Shown piece after piece: positions 13,201-26,700 of a stretch of DNA of 64,000 nucleotides. Every line of letters begins with the position of its first letter. The stretch's first letter is position 1. The notes beneath the pieces are model-generated. The model had not been told where the DNA came from. It saw only the letters and a program-made list of their open reading frames with translations, and searched no databases. The position numbers and the translations under genes are program-made. This DNA is from Lingula anatina (Eukaryota > Animalia > Brachiopoda), in NCBI GenBank assembly GCA_051362555.1, contig CM120641.1:27534401-27598400 (forward strand), in the 5' to 3' direction.

Positions 13201-16200
13201 GTTTGAAAAAGCACAGTGACAAAAGAATGAGAAAAATGTATAACAAGTCCTGACACAAGCCAAAGGAAATTACATTGGAATAAAATTTTTCTAATATCGA
13301 TTCTTTTCGGAGTTAAGGAAAAAATGGATAGTATGTTCAACTAGTATCAAAATTCAAATCTGGGGATATTGTTTTTTTTTCTTTACATGTTTTATCAATT
13401 ATACAGACATAACAGTTTTGACCAAAGACATCAAAGCTCAAATTCATGGCAATTATCAATATTCAAAATGTATGTTTGATGACCTTAGACTTACTTGAAG
13501 TTTTCCCCGCCGATGAAGTAGTGGTAACACCCTTGTTAATATTGGTGCTCGTAATAATAGAAGTAACCCTGGTAGGTCTGCAAGTTGGTGGCCTTTGTCG
13601 TTCTATTTTGACCGATTTAAAAAAGTAATAATAACGTACGCCCTCGTAAAAGGACTCAAGTAAATAAAAACTATTATCATATTTAAAGCACCATTTCCAG
13701 TTCAACAAAACATCGTGGATATAGTTACGTACAGTGACGATGCAAAAATCATATGCACAGACCAGACGGTTTGATGTTAAGTGGAACAGTTTATTTATTA
13801 TTATACAATTAAAGGCTTTTGTAGAGGTTGATATGTTGTTTTCCAGGCTTCATTAATTCAGGCTACTACTTTTTACTGTCAGTGCCAAAAAATAATATGG
13901 GGAGCAAGTTAAAATCAAATTTAGCATTGATAATAAACTGTACAGTAAACGCAAAATATGATGCCTTTTGATTTAGTGGTACATGTACCTTGTACAGTGT
14001 ATTATCAAGACTTCTGGTCGAACCGAAAACAGTCGTGATTAGCAAATAGTGTCGCCATTTAATTTGTTATGGACGCAGCATTAAATCTGGATAACATGAA
14101 AATAAGAATGTTGAGAAAGTTTTGTTCAAGAAGAGTTTTTTTTTTTTTTTTAGGGGGAGGGGATTTATTCTCCCGGTAATTCACCGTGTCATTTAAGAGT
14201 TCCCATCGAACCACTGTTTGTGTGTGGATGGTTATGTCACAATGTGATTTGCACAAGGGTGATACATGTATATATATGAGGAATAGCCGAGGAATGCAAA
14301 TTGTGTTAGCTGCGCTATTCACAAGTAGCGTGTAGTAGTGTGCCACATGTAGCTGTACAGTGTTCTCTAATACAATAGAGATGTAAGAATGGGGCTGAAA
14401 CACTATAGGACCTATTTATTAGCAGCTGAAAAGGAAAAAATGGATAGTATGTTCCCTTCTGAAAATAATGACAGAACTTTGTAGGATACCTCAAGCCATC
14501 ACAAATTGCACCCAAGAAATATTGCATTTTGACAATCAAAAGTGTTAAACTTTCCTTTTTAATTCTTCTCGTTTCCAAAAAAAAAGTGTTCATGATTATT
14601 TCGTTGTGCACTGCTTGGGACACACACCAGCGTTGCATCTCGGCGTCCCAGTCCATGCAGTCAAGCTAAAAAAAATTCAGAGAGGGAGAAACATATTGCT
14701 TTTTTCCTGAAAATGATAAGACAAGGAGCACAAAGTTCTGTTGGCGGTTTCATAGGTGCTACATACCAGGATGAGTACTCGTGGTTTTAGTCCCGACCCG
14801 CCGGCTCCGCGCCATGTCAGCGGATACAAGTCACCGTAACCGCTTCTCCTCCTAGACAAGAAAGGCCTGTGTCCCAGTCTCTTGGATTTAGGCGACATAT
14901 AATTTCAACTCGATCCCCATAATTTCAACTTGATCCCCTTAGATTTTGGGCGCTGTTGGTTCCTTAACCTAGGCGTGACGCTTGTCGCAATGCATCCTTG
15001 TCGGAGCTTTTGAAGTCATATATCATTGGCTAACTTTATTTTGAACTTTGATCTACTTTTCACCATAAACTGAACTTTGCAAAATTTTCGGCCTTTACAT
15101 GTTTAACTCCAAAGATATGCACGTGGTTCTTGGATTTGAGTTGAGACCCCTTGACTTGAAACCCCATGCATTAATATTCCTATGGCAAAAGTCGGCGATC
15201 TCTAATTTTTCAAAAAGCCCCCAGAAACACGCTGTGCTATAGAAGGATTAGGGATGTGGAAAACATAGAGAGAAACAAACTTTTTTTGATGAGAATCATT
15301 GACGATAAGTATTTTTCAATAGAATCCCATAAATTGGCGGCCATCTTGGATTTTTTTACCAAACGAAATTATTTTCCTGAGGGTTACAAGGCTTATGTGA
15401 TTAAGAAAACCCCATGCCAAATTTGCTGCTTTTATCCTCCGTGTCACGATTTAGTCTTTTACGCTAGGCCAATCCACTCAGTTATTGTCATATTATTTAC
15501 GCAAATCGGCATCTCTTTACAGCTCCATGTCCGATAAGATTTGACAATTGTTAACTTATTAGCATGGTGTTATGCACTGGTTGATCCCCAACTCCACTGC
15601 CAACGTGTACTTAATTGCAGAAAATAATTCCCATATATTTGGACTATTTTGTCGGTTGGTTGGAATCCCACTCCCAACCACCCCACCCCCCTCGCCACCC
15701 CATCCCCCCGGCTACGGGTTTGCCATCATGGAATACAATAAAATTTTCTCAAGAGATCACAGGGACCGTGCACTGGAACCACGGCAGTCTTTCTTTTATA
15801 GTGAATGAAAAAGTCGAAACATTGAAGATTGGATATAGAGCTCTGTTTATTAAACCAACATTGAAGCGTGCTCTGGTAAACTTTGCCACTAGCTCTTCCA
15901 AACGCGTTTTAATTTAATCACCTGCTTTACTGTGCATCAAATTGTCACGGAATGCAGTTGACCACATTCTTACCTCGAGTTGTGTATCGGTGAGGTGGAA
16001 AAAGAAACCCTTGTTGCCTCCATACGTACAAGTACTTAAATTAAGCTTATTTTTCGTTGGTCAATGCATGATTTATTTTCGTCTTATTGTAGTAACATCA
16101 TCGAGGGGCAGAGATACCCATATCCGTGTGTTGGTTAAGTGTTGGTTATGCGTAAACACAGTACTTTGTATGTGGACCGTTTCTTATCTATAAAATACAA

Positions 16201-17127
16201 AATTACGTCTGGCAATCAATATGTTCTCTGTGCAATTAATTGATTAATTAATTAATTTAAATCACTGATAATATTAACCATGACAATGATTGAAACACTC
16301 CTTACACTCATGTACTCCTAACAATATTTAAGGTAATACCTGCAAAATAAATAAAACCTCAACTGCGGCAGTATTGAAAGTGTAATTAAAATGATTAAAA
16401 CGATGCGCTTTAACCATTTTATGAAAACAAATTTTAGTCAGATGCGAATAATTTAAGGTGCACCTCACTCCATCCCCAGTTACCCACCTTCCTTTGGTGG
16501 AGATCTTGGATTTTGTGAAAATAAGTTCATTGTTTTAGAGTTTTGAGATTTACAGTAGCTTCATAATATGGATAAAAAAGATAAAAAAGAAATATGTGTT
16601 CTTGAAAGGGGTTTGTAGTGTGCACTGTCCACATACAAACACTGAAAGACCGTCTAATTTAATACAAATGAAAAATAATAGAGTCCACCCCGAGAAAGGA
16701 ATCGAATATTATCAGATTGTGCAATATACTGGGTGTTAGTTAATTGTAATGGAAACGACTTTCAAATGACATGAAAGAACTGTACGAATGCAATTTATGA
16801 TAATAACCTGGCACGTTGTCATTTAATAAATATAATGAAGACACATGATAAGAAATCAGTTTCTTCCAATTAACAAAGTATAAAGTGGACAAAGAATAAA
16901 GTGGACAAAGTGAAAACTGATTAAAACGATGACAAGACAACTTGTCTCTTTTCATTGTAAAATAAAGTATGTCTCTTACAAAGTCATAAGCGTATGGATA
17001 CTTCTGTTTTGTTACTACAGGTTTGTGTGTTTGTGCGCAAAAATCATAACTCTGTTTTGTCATTTTCACTAACTTTTAAAATTACATTTTTGCTTCTTCC
17101 TAGTGCAAACGCACTAGGCGGTAATGG

Positions 17128-18050
17128 TGCTCGAAAATTAAAATTAGATGACGGTAAAACAGAATTTATAGTTATCACCCAACCACACTATTTAAAACAC
17201 TTAGCTGAAACACTATCTGTATACAAATTTTATATTCAAAACTAGGGGTTCCACCCACGCAAACAAATAGGGGTTTACTTTGATACCACCTTCACCATGG
17301 ATGATCAGATAGCCAATGTAAAAATCCTGCATGAATCATACCCTCTACCAGGGCGACAGATTGATTTTTCACAGATATTCACAGATATGTCTCTAGATAA
17401 ATAGACAGTCATTTTGGTCAGATGTCTCAGCAAAAAATGCCCACAATAATAACTGCGGCCCTGGTAGAGGGTACATGGATCATATGAAAAACATTAGCCC
17501 TCTGCACAGGATTCTAACCGACCCTGCCACTGCCACGATTGTCCATCCCCTACACACTTCAAAGCTTGTTTACTGTCTGTAACTCCTTGCTCTATATGGT
17601 TGCAGCATGTAGGAAGAAAAAAGAAACTTCGACGCAATCCATACATCTCAGCTCGTCTCCTTAATAGGACTTATTTAGGGGATCACATGGCACCGATTTT
17701 AAAAGAATTTCACTGACTGCCTGTAAATGCACGGATTTTATTCAAACCTTCAACATACGCTCATGTGGTTTTTTATGGACTTGCACCAGATTATCTATGT
17801 GAAATTGTATCTCATTGCACACCAAATGGCACGTTAAGATGTAAGGACCAACTGCGATTAAATCTCAATGCGCAGTCTTAAAACATTTGGAGAAAAATCT
17901 TTTGAATTTGCAGCTCCGTATGAAGGGAATCAGTTTCTACCAGAACTAAGGAATATACGCTCAGAAAATGACTGTAAAAAGCACTAAGAACTTATATTTA
18001 AAAAAAAATTTATGATTGAACATTTCATACTTTACAGAACCTTATAATTG
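17128..18050 (+). mobile_element. Degenerate 5'-truncated L2/CR1-type LINE
   Basis: Relic peptides KLKLDDGKTEFIVI, GVYFDTTFTMDDQI, HMAPILKEFH*LPVNARILFK and KTFGEKSFEFAAP are typical of the C-terminal part of L2 ORF2; stops and frameshifts are present. Confidence 0.8.
17341..17471. mobile_element. 131-bp MITE with TA TSD nested in the L2 relic
   Basis: TA-CCCTCTACCAGGG ... CCCTGGTAGAGGG-TA; perfect 13-bp TIR. Confidence 0.75.
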
Positions 18051-20019
18051 GCCATTTTTTCTGTTTACTTTTCATACCATTACTCTTTAATCAAAATTAA
18101 TCCTTTTAACTTTGCATTTCATTTGATAAGTCTACAGAAGATATTTTTATGGATTTTAGACTCTAAATAATTTATTATATAATATATTAAATGTTTCAGC
18201 TTATGAACAAATGTGGGAGACTTCGATGTATAAGAACAGCACATAACAACTGCAAGTGTCTGATAGAATGTTGCCTGACCCGTGTTTAGTTTTGTACTGG
18301 GATCCAATTAACAATAAAAATTCTCATAGCCACAAGTTGTTTTGTGGGTTGTAGACGTGGTTTGCAATTCATTGCATGATTTTTTCCTTTATAAAACTTT
18401 CCTTTCAATCTGCTCACTCGTCTTGTAACTGACGCGAAAATTTTAGTCGGTTGGCTACTCTTGCCTCGACAAGACTGATGTCAGCGCCTAAACCTCATTG
18501 TACCACCCTTCTGCTTTTAATTACAAGGCAAAGAGCATTATCAGTATACCCTCGACGAATAGTTTTTATTTGTCCGAAATTATACATGTGGACTTCAACG
18601 TGTTTGAGGCCGGAGAGGATCGACCGATTAAACACTTTGTAGATAACACGTGCTCAACATGTGCTTTAGCTCTAACTTGTTTTTCGTCATGTCAACACCG
18701 TTTTGCATGTAAGTTATTTCCCGGTTGACGGCCCGGGTTGGAGAAAGGTCGGCCTGTCGTCACTGGCGCTTTGACAGCGAGACGGTGAATGTTTAAAATT
18801 CAGTGGTAATATTTATTATGCAACAAGAGTGCCTCTTTAAAGTAATCTAGTAACAATTGTTTGATTCCAACCCAACTATAATACATGATTAATGTAACCA
18901 AATGTTCACAAGCACAACATAGCTCTCTTTTGCTTAAAAGTAAATAAGACTTATGCCATATGACTGAAAATTGTTATTTATCAAAATGGAGAAGAAGTAA
19001 TGTGATACAAAATTTCAATAAGGCAGCAAGGCTGTCAAATGGACATCCGTAAAAAAGTCAGAACTAAAAAAAAATACAAATTGCTACAGTCAATGGCTTC
19101 ACTGATCAGTCTACACTGCCATAGATTTGAATAGGCTTTATATCAATGATGTCTTTAAAACTGGTTTTGAGCATATCAACAAATCAAGTATATTTAAGAC
19201 TGGTCTTGAATTGGTCCAGCTAATCAATATGAAAAACGATAAGCTATCTATTTAAAAAAAGTAGAGCTTCAAAAGAAAACATAGCTTTGGTTTGAGAGTT
19301 AGATCTGTATTTTATTCCTATAACTTATTCCTGCAAGTTTTGCAAAAATACTTTGTTTTTGGTTAATAAAGATTACTGTGCGTCATCATGAAAAAATGTG
19401 CAGGTTGCTGTTATGTCATCAGTTCGAACATTTAACAAATTCTCCCGGATGTATTTTTGTTGCAGCAGCATTATCACATAATTACATGTTATTGTTAATT
19501 TTCACAATATCTAAGCGGAAAAGGAAAATTTCCCAACTTATCGAACGCAGTTTGGGCTCTTTAGAAAAAAGTGCACCAGTTAATCTTTCTACAGCTTTCC
19601 CATAGACTTTATTTTACCAAAAGGCTTTTTATAATTTTTTTCGCAACTTTCACCGACCACTGACTCCCCACTACTCGAAGCCATTTAGAGTCAAGAAATC
19701 ACATTGCGACAAGATATTATTGTTTTCGTGTTCACGCAGAATTGCAAGATTTAGGGTGTAGTCAGGAACGTAAAAAATTCATGGGAAATCAAAGGTGAAA
19801 CATGGAACGTATTGGGTTGTAGTGATATAACCTTGGCGAATTATTGGGTTCCGAAACACAAACACTGGACATCAGTCCCAAACACGTGACGATGCTCTTA
19901 CACAACGGTTGTGACATCATATCTTAGGTAAGACTTGATTTTGTGACCATAAGAACATTTCTGTACAACTAGAAAAAAAGAGCTAAAAACAACCAGCCAA
20001 GTGAAAATTATTTGGTAAG

Positions 20020-20027
20020 TATAAATA
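20020..20027 (+). promoter_or_regulatory. TATA box of copy 2
   Basis: TATAAATA 70 nt upstream of the ATG at 20097; homologous to copies 1 and 3. Confidence 0.7.
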
Positions 20028-20096
20028 CTCAGGATGAATAAGGAAAGCTTTATTTTCTCTCATCACACCAGACTGGTGACCAGAAAAGTGCAGGAA

Positions 20097-22715
20097 ATGC
20101 CGGAAGAAATAGTGAGTCATTTCCTTTTTTATGGTAAAATATACATTTATCCTAAAAGAGCATTAAAGAGATGTGATTTAGATTAGTTTTATTCTTTGGC
20201 TGTCTGTATATTTTGAAAATATTCTTTACAAAAGCATTTCAAAATATATGTGTCATCATTTTGATAACAATTATTACAATGTTTCAACGCCTTGCGCATT
20301 TAAAAGCAACAATTTTTTGAGGAATTAAAGGCTTAACTTTGGAAAACTTCAGACAATAACACTTCATGTTTCTTCATTGAGGGCGTTAAACTTCCAACCA
20401 TTAACTCATAAAAAAGAATATAATGCCGTTGATATAAAACAAAAGAAACGTCAATCGTCATTAAATTTTCATGCTGACAGTAAACAAATATAAATTTATA
20501 TTGTTACCTGATGTTTACTAACATGTTTTATTGATATCCGAACGTAATGGTGCTGTCACATCTAGCGTATTAAGAGGCACGTATGGTTTGAAATCGATTA
20601 TACGCATAACTTAGAGCGTATGAAATCACCATTTTTCAAAAAAGCAGGGTACAAATACCGTATTGATATATTGCGTATTTACACTGTAATTAATTGTGTT
20701 TGAATATCGTACATGTATGAGACACTACATGAAAGTGGCAGCTATTGTGAGGGTGATTTGTTGACTACATTTTCTCAATCCCGAACTATTCGCAATTCGG
20801 GGGTTGTGCGCTCTCGACAATCTCCGGCATATACGTAACATACCGTTCGGGTATTTCAGAAGATGAACTAATTTTACGTTTGTGCCATGTGTGAATTTGC
20901 GGGTTGAGTGGTTAATTTGGCGTTTGTGATCAGATATCCGAGGTTTGAACAACAATTTCGTTTTAAAGGCCTGTCATCATTTCCATCGTACTCAAAGCAC
21001 TGACGATTACTGTGGTGTCATGGATTGGGGTTGCCTTTTATTATTTTTTTTTTACTTGCCCACTTTTACGTTTTTATCCATTTAATATTCTCCATTTTGT
21101 TCTTACGCTCTGTACGAATAAATCCCCCTCTGTTTCTAATTTGCATATTGCTTATTTGCAGAGATTGTGAACAAAACGTATATCATTTTTCTTTAATGTC
21201 TTCACTTCTTTTCCTTTCATTTTTCCAAAGGGAACCCTATTTAGAATTATTTGCTCATGGGTGCACTGGTAGACAAAAACCCTCAGCCATGTAAGTAGTC
21301 CTTCTTGACCTGTCAGCGGCTTTTAAACCATCAGTTGTTTCTCACTTTCCCAAAGGAAAACATCGGTATCAAAAGCAAACCCGTTTGAACTTCTCTATTT
21401 TCCGACCTGTCAGAACTAGTTCATGGTGTCCCCCAAGGAAGTGTGCTGAGTCCTGTCCAGTTTTGTATCTACAAACAACCCCCTCGTGAAATCACAAGCT
21501 TCCACGGAATTAACTTTCACACATTCGCTGACGATACTCAGCTCTATAATCCCTGTAACATCAAGAATCCTGAAATTTCCTTTACCAAAACGAAAAGCTG
21601 TATTTCCTAGGTGGGTAAGGACAAACAAATGATAAATGGCAGTAAAACTGAATAAGTGGTCATCACACAGCCTCATAAACAAACACACTGCAGCAACCCT
21701 TCGCATTGATATCAAGATAGGTGACAGTGTGGTCAATACTTCTTCTCATGCGAGAAATCTTGTGCATACGTGGGCACCTCTCCGTCTGTGGATAAATAAA
21801 TATCACAAATGTCTAAATCATGCATGTTTCACATCAGAAACGTAGCTTTGTTGAGAAACCACCTAAGTGACTCCTCTACGGCTCGACTAGATTACTGCAA
21901 TTCTCTTCTTTATGGATGTCCAAAAAAAGTCTGCAGCGTACAAAATATCTCTGGTCGAGTTCTTACCTGCACACCTGGCGACAGCCACATTACCCCTATT
22001 CTCAAACAACCTCACTAACTGGCTACCTGTAGGAGCACGGATTCTTATTTTAAACTTTTAGTATATGCTCACGTCCTTTTAAAACGTTGGCTCACCATAT
22101 TTATGCGATCTTGCATTAACTCTTAAAAACGTGTAAAGCTATATAATTGTCTCAAATTGTCTGGTGACAAATCTTTTAAAGTCGCTGCACCTAGGGAATG
22201 AAATTTACTTACATTTTTTCTACGCACATGTAGGATAGACTGTCCTGCTACTTTTAGGGTGCATTCCCAGAGATTTAGATCGATCCAGAGATTTAGATTT
22301 AGATCGACCTAACTCCCTGGGGATTCACGCTAAATTGCAGTCAGCTTAGCGCGCACCATAGTTAATTACCCCCTTACAGCTTTTAGTAGGCGGGACAGAC
22401 GCTTAAACCGGCTAAGCTAACAGTAATCTAATGAGACTCCCCACAGGGATAGATCGATCTAAAACCTATGGGAATGTGGTTTTAAAAGAGAACTCAAGTT
22501 TTTTGTAAACGACTTTTTGAAGGGAGTGATGAAGTAACATTTTCAATTTCTACTAAATTTGTTTTTATCAATTTTTTCTGTTTTAATAATTTTTCTTTTC
22601 TTTTACCACCCTATTTAATCATTTATTCACATTGCATTGTAAAGTCTACCGATCAAACTTGGATTTTAGCCTTGTAATGTATATTATTATTATTATCATC
22701 ATTATTATCATTATC

Positions 22716-22754
<39 letters not shown>

Positions 22755-23670
22755 TCCGTTAAGGCTGAGCCCTGCGTAGAAATGGGTCGCTTGGACTCAA
22801 AGATAGATTCCTTGGAAGACAGCAAGCGACGAACCTGGGAAGGCAAGTTGGAATTCATCATTACATGTGTCGGCTATGCTGTTGGCCTGGGATCAGTATG
22901 GCGCTTTCCGTATCTGTGTTACAGGAACGGTGGAGGTAAGTGCCATCGGGGCAAAAATCTCAACTACCACAATTTGCGCAATATTTGTATAAAAACCAGG
23001 CTCCAAATGTATTCGACGAAGTAACTGTCTTTTGCTCGACTTTTGTTAACCAGTCTATGATTGAAGTGACTTGCTTATGAAATATACTGTTGCTTAATAA
23101 CAAATCATTTGCTTTCAGGCGCGTTTTTGATACCATACTGCGTCAGTTTGGCCTTGGTTGGCCTTCCGTTATTCTTTATGGAACTATGTTTTGGCCAGTT
23201 TGCCAGTCTTGGGCCTATCACTATTTGGAAAATTAGCCCCTTGTTCAAAGGTAAGATTCATTTCCTCATTTATTTCTGTATTTCTGTAAAGTAAACGTTT
23301 TGTTTACTTTAAATTAGAAGATTATATCCGATACTTTAATTTTCATCTCTTGTGCCTTAGGTATTGGCTATGGGATGATGATGATTTCTTTGTTCATCGC
23401 ACTATACTACAACGTAATAATTGCCTACATCCTTCACTACCTCTTCGCCTCAATGACGGCTAATTTGCCGTGGTCTGCTTGTGGGAATACGTGGAATACT
23501 GATGCATGTTTAGTAGGTAAGCAAATATATACTGCCTCTTGTCTGATATGATATAACCCAGCGAACATAGAACGTTATTATAACGTTACCATAGCGTTTA
23601 TATAATCAAAACACGTTATGGTAGCGGTAACATTATGGTGAGGTTATAAAACGTTCTGTGTCTTCTGGGG

Positions 23671-23712
<42 letters not shown>

Positions 23713-26700
23713 GATTTAAAAAATGAAGACAATATTTTTGCTTCCATTAAAAAGAACATCAGAGTTAGCACTTTTTCACTTTATAATGAGTCCCACTGTT
23801 TCAGTTTTAAAATGATTTCTATTTCAGTTAATTAAAAAGAGCAGTATAAATGCACATTTGTTTATTATTTGTTTCAAAGTTGGCGAAGGTACTAGTAGGC
23901 TAACAAACACCACCAACCTTACCAGTAGAACAACGGTTCTGAATAAAACCGAGGTCATCTCCGCTTCACCAAGCGAGGAGTATTTCTAGTAAGATAATTA
24001 AACCATGAAGATTGATGAGTGCTTTTCAAAACTCTGCCTCTTGCTGGTTCTGGCACAAGAGAAGTTTTTCAACTAAAACATTCATTCACATATTGCGAAA
24101 CACAGTCAACTTGAAAATTAGTTTATTAATGTTATTAAGTTATTAATTAACTGCAGATCGTTTGACTGCATAAATCGACGCTATCGTCTACGCGTTATTA
24201 CCTCCGACAAATGAGGAGGTAATGTTTTTGTAACCGTTTGTTTGCAACTTCAAAATCTTTCAATTTCGAAGTATGTTGGTCAGTGGGTTAAATTAGTTTT
24301 TAATTTTTTATAAATTATTTAATTATGTACAGATTCTAAGTGCTTTACTGGTTTTATATTTGTAGCCGTAAAGTCCTGGAGATGACTGATGGGATAGAGA
24401 ATTCAGGGGGTCTTAAATGGGACCTTTCCCTGTGTCTTCTGCTGGCCTGGTTGATTGTGTTCCTGGTCTTGATTAAGGGAATTAAGTCCTTGGGGAAGGT
24501 GAGCAAAATGACCTCGTGCACATTAGCTAATATTATGTAGTAGACATGTGATAACCTTGGGTATTTGTACTACGGTAGTAACCAACAGCTGTGCATTTTA
24601 AAAAGTGCATGTATACAACATTGGTCAAACAGGTTGTACATGTCTCATCTCCAATTCCATGTGCTTATATTTACATAGTAGCAAACATAAGCTACGCAGT
24701 AGATACACACGCTATTAGACGCGTGACCTTTTGCGAACACACCCTAATTTTGCTGATTGTTTGTAAATTTGGTGACATTGCATGGCAGTCGTTTAATAAT
24801 CATTCCTTTACCTATGAAGAAAGCACAGTGTAACATCAGATTTGCAGGGGTACATGTTATTTTGAATAAATGGTATAATTTATGGATATCTTCATCGTTA
24901 TGTTGTACATTCTGCACCACTAACGATGTTAGATATGGTATCTGGAATAAAAAGTACTGTTTATAACAAATGACACCCGTGAGATAATGATTTGTAAATA
25001 AAAGCACATGGAATTGGAGGTGGGGCAACCTTTTTGACCAATCTTATTTACATGTATTTATCCCTCCTAAGTTTGGTCAGGTTAAGGTAACTCTATCTTT
25101 TATCCGTATCAGCTGGACTCTATTTCTGTCTCACATAAATCTCTCACATACTCATTTTGTGCAAAAAAAAATACGATTCAGATATCTATTCTGACTAATA
25201 ATAATAATTATTATTATGTAATGGGTGTTTAATCTTGAAAGTAATTATATTTTCTTTATGGTTGAAAGTTTTTTTTTATTTAATGCTTCATTATAATCAC
25301 ATTTTAAAGTTTAATAGTAAATTTTCTACCTGTCTCAGTTTGGTTCCCGTGGTGCAGCAGCGGGTCCTAGAATTTATTTTTCACATATCGTATTGTACAT
25401 AAATAATTCACATGGGGTGTTTTTATTTTTGTCAGTGTATTTTCAGTATTATTCTTCCAAGACAGATTAAAATGCGTTTAAGTGAGATGGCTTCACGTTT
25501 TTTAAGTTACCGAAACAAAAATACACTTAATATATTTTTGTGTTATTCCTTCAAAACAAATGAACGCAGGTACATTTTAAAGTCAGACCGTTCCCGTTTT
25601 TTAAGTTACCAAAAACAAAGATACACTTAATATATTTATATTTTACAGGCTGTTTATTTTACTGCCCTTTTCCCTCATGTCATCTTGGCCATTCTCCTTG
25701 TACGTGGTGTCTTACTGGAAGGATCTGCTGAAGGCATTAAATATTATCTGACGCCTGATTTTAATCGACTTCTAGACTCTGAGGTAATTCTGTGTTCACA
25801 TCTTTTATTATTAAAAAAATTTGGAAAGTCAAACTTAAATATGTATGTACATGTCTTGGTTAAGAATATTACTTAATATTGCGAGAATTTTAATACTACA
25901 CAATCTGGTTGAAAAATTATTGTATTTAATTTTATAATTTAAAACATCTGAAGAATCCTCTACACAATTTCAAGAATGATTCATCACGGGCCGGATGTAA
26001 AGCTTTGGTAGCTTTAATGACTTTTCTGCAATTCGATTAAATGATTGCCTTAGTTTCTACCGTTTTCAAATGTCAGGTGTGGAGTGACGCAGTCGTTCAG
26101 AATTTTTATTCGCTCAGCGTATCTTTGGGAGGCCTGATAGCGATGTCAAGCTACAACAAATTCCACAACAACTGCTTCAGGTAAACTGAGCTGTTTTACT
26201 GAACTCCATTTACTTGTGGGTGTTTTTTTAACATATGTTTTATGAAGACATAGGGGCGAAAGTTAGTTTAGTTTAGAATAATTATACTGTATGTTTGTGT
26301 TATGAAAAAGGTAAATGATCCACATTTAACTTGGACAAGTTACGTTTTGCTTAATCACAAATTTGTTAAGACAGCATTTTGTTAGTAATGAAGCAATAAC
26401 TGTTCATGAAGTGGTAGACGTATCGCAAGCGCAAAAGCAGTATATATATTGGGTTCTTTAACTTTATCTGTAAGATCTAGCAATGATTAAAACAATACAA
26501 ATACATGCCATAATTATTCCTAGGGACGCGCTAATTTGTTCCCTTATGAACTTCGGGACTAGCGTTTATGCTGGATTGGTCATCTTCTCTGTACTTGGCT
26601 ACATGGCGCATATATCTGGGAAAGATGTGGCTGATGTTGCTAGTCAAGGTAAATATATGCCATGTTCCGGTTTTCATTTCAGCAGGTTGCATAGTTTTTA

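Noticed and set aside
22632-22763. Poly-isoleucine N-terminal segment in ORF 22632-23024
   Set aside because: It is the (ATT)n LINE tail inside intron 1, not coding sequence.
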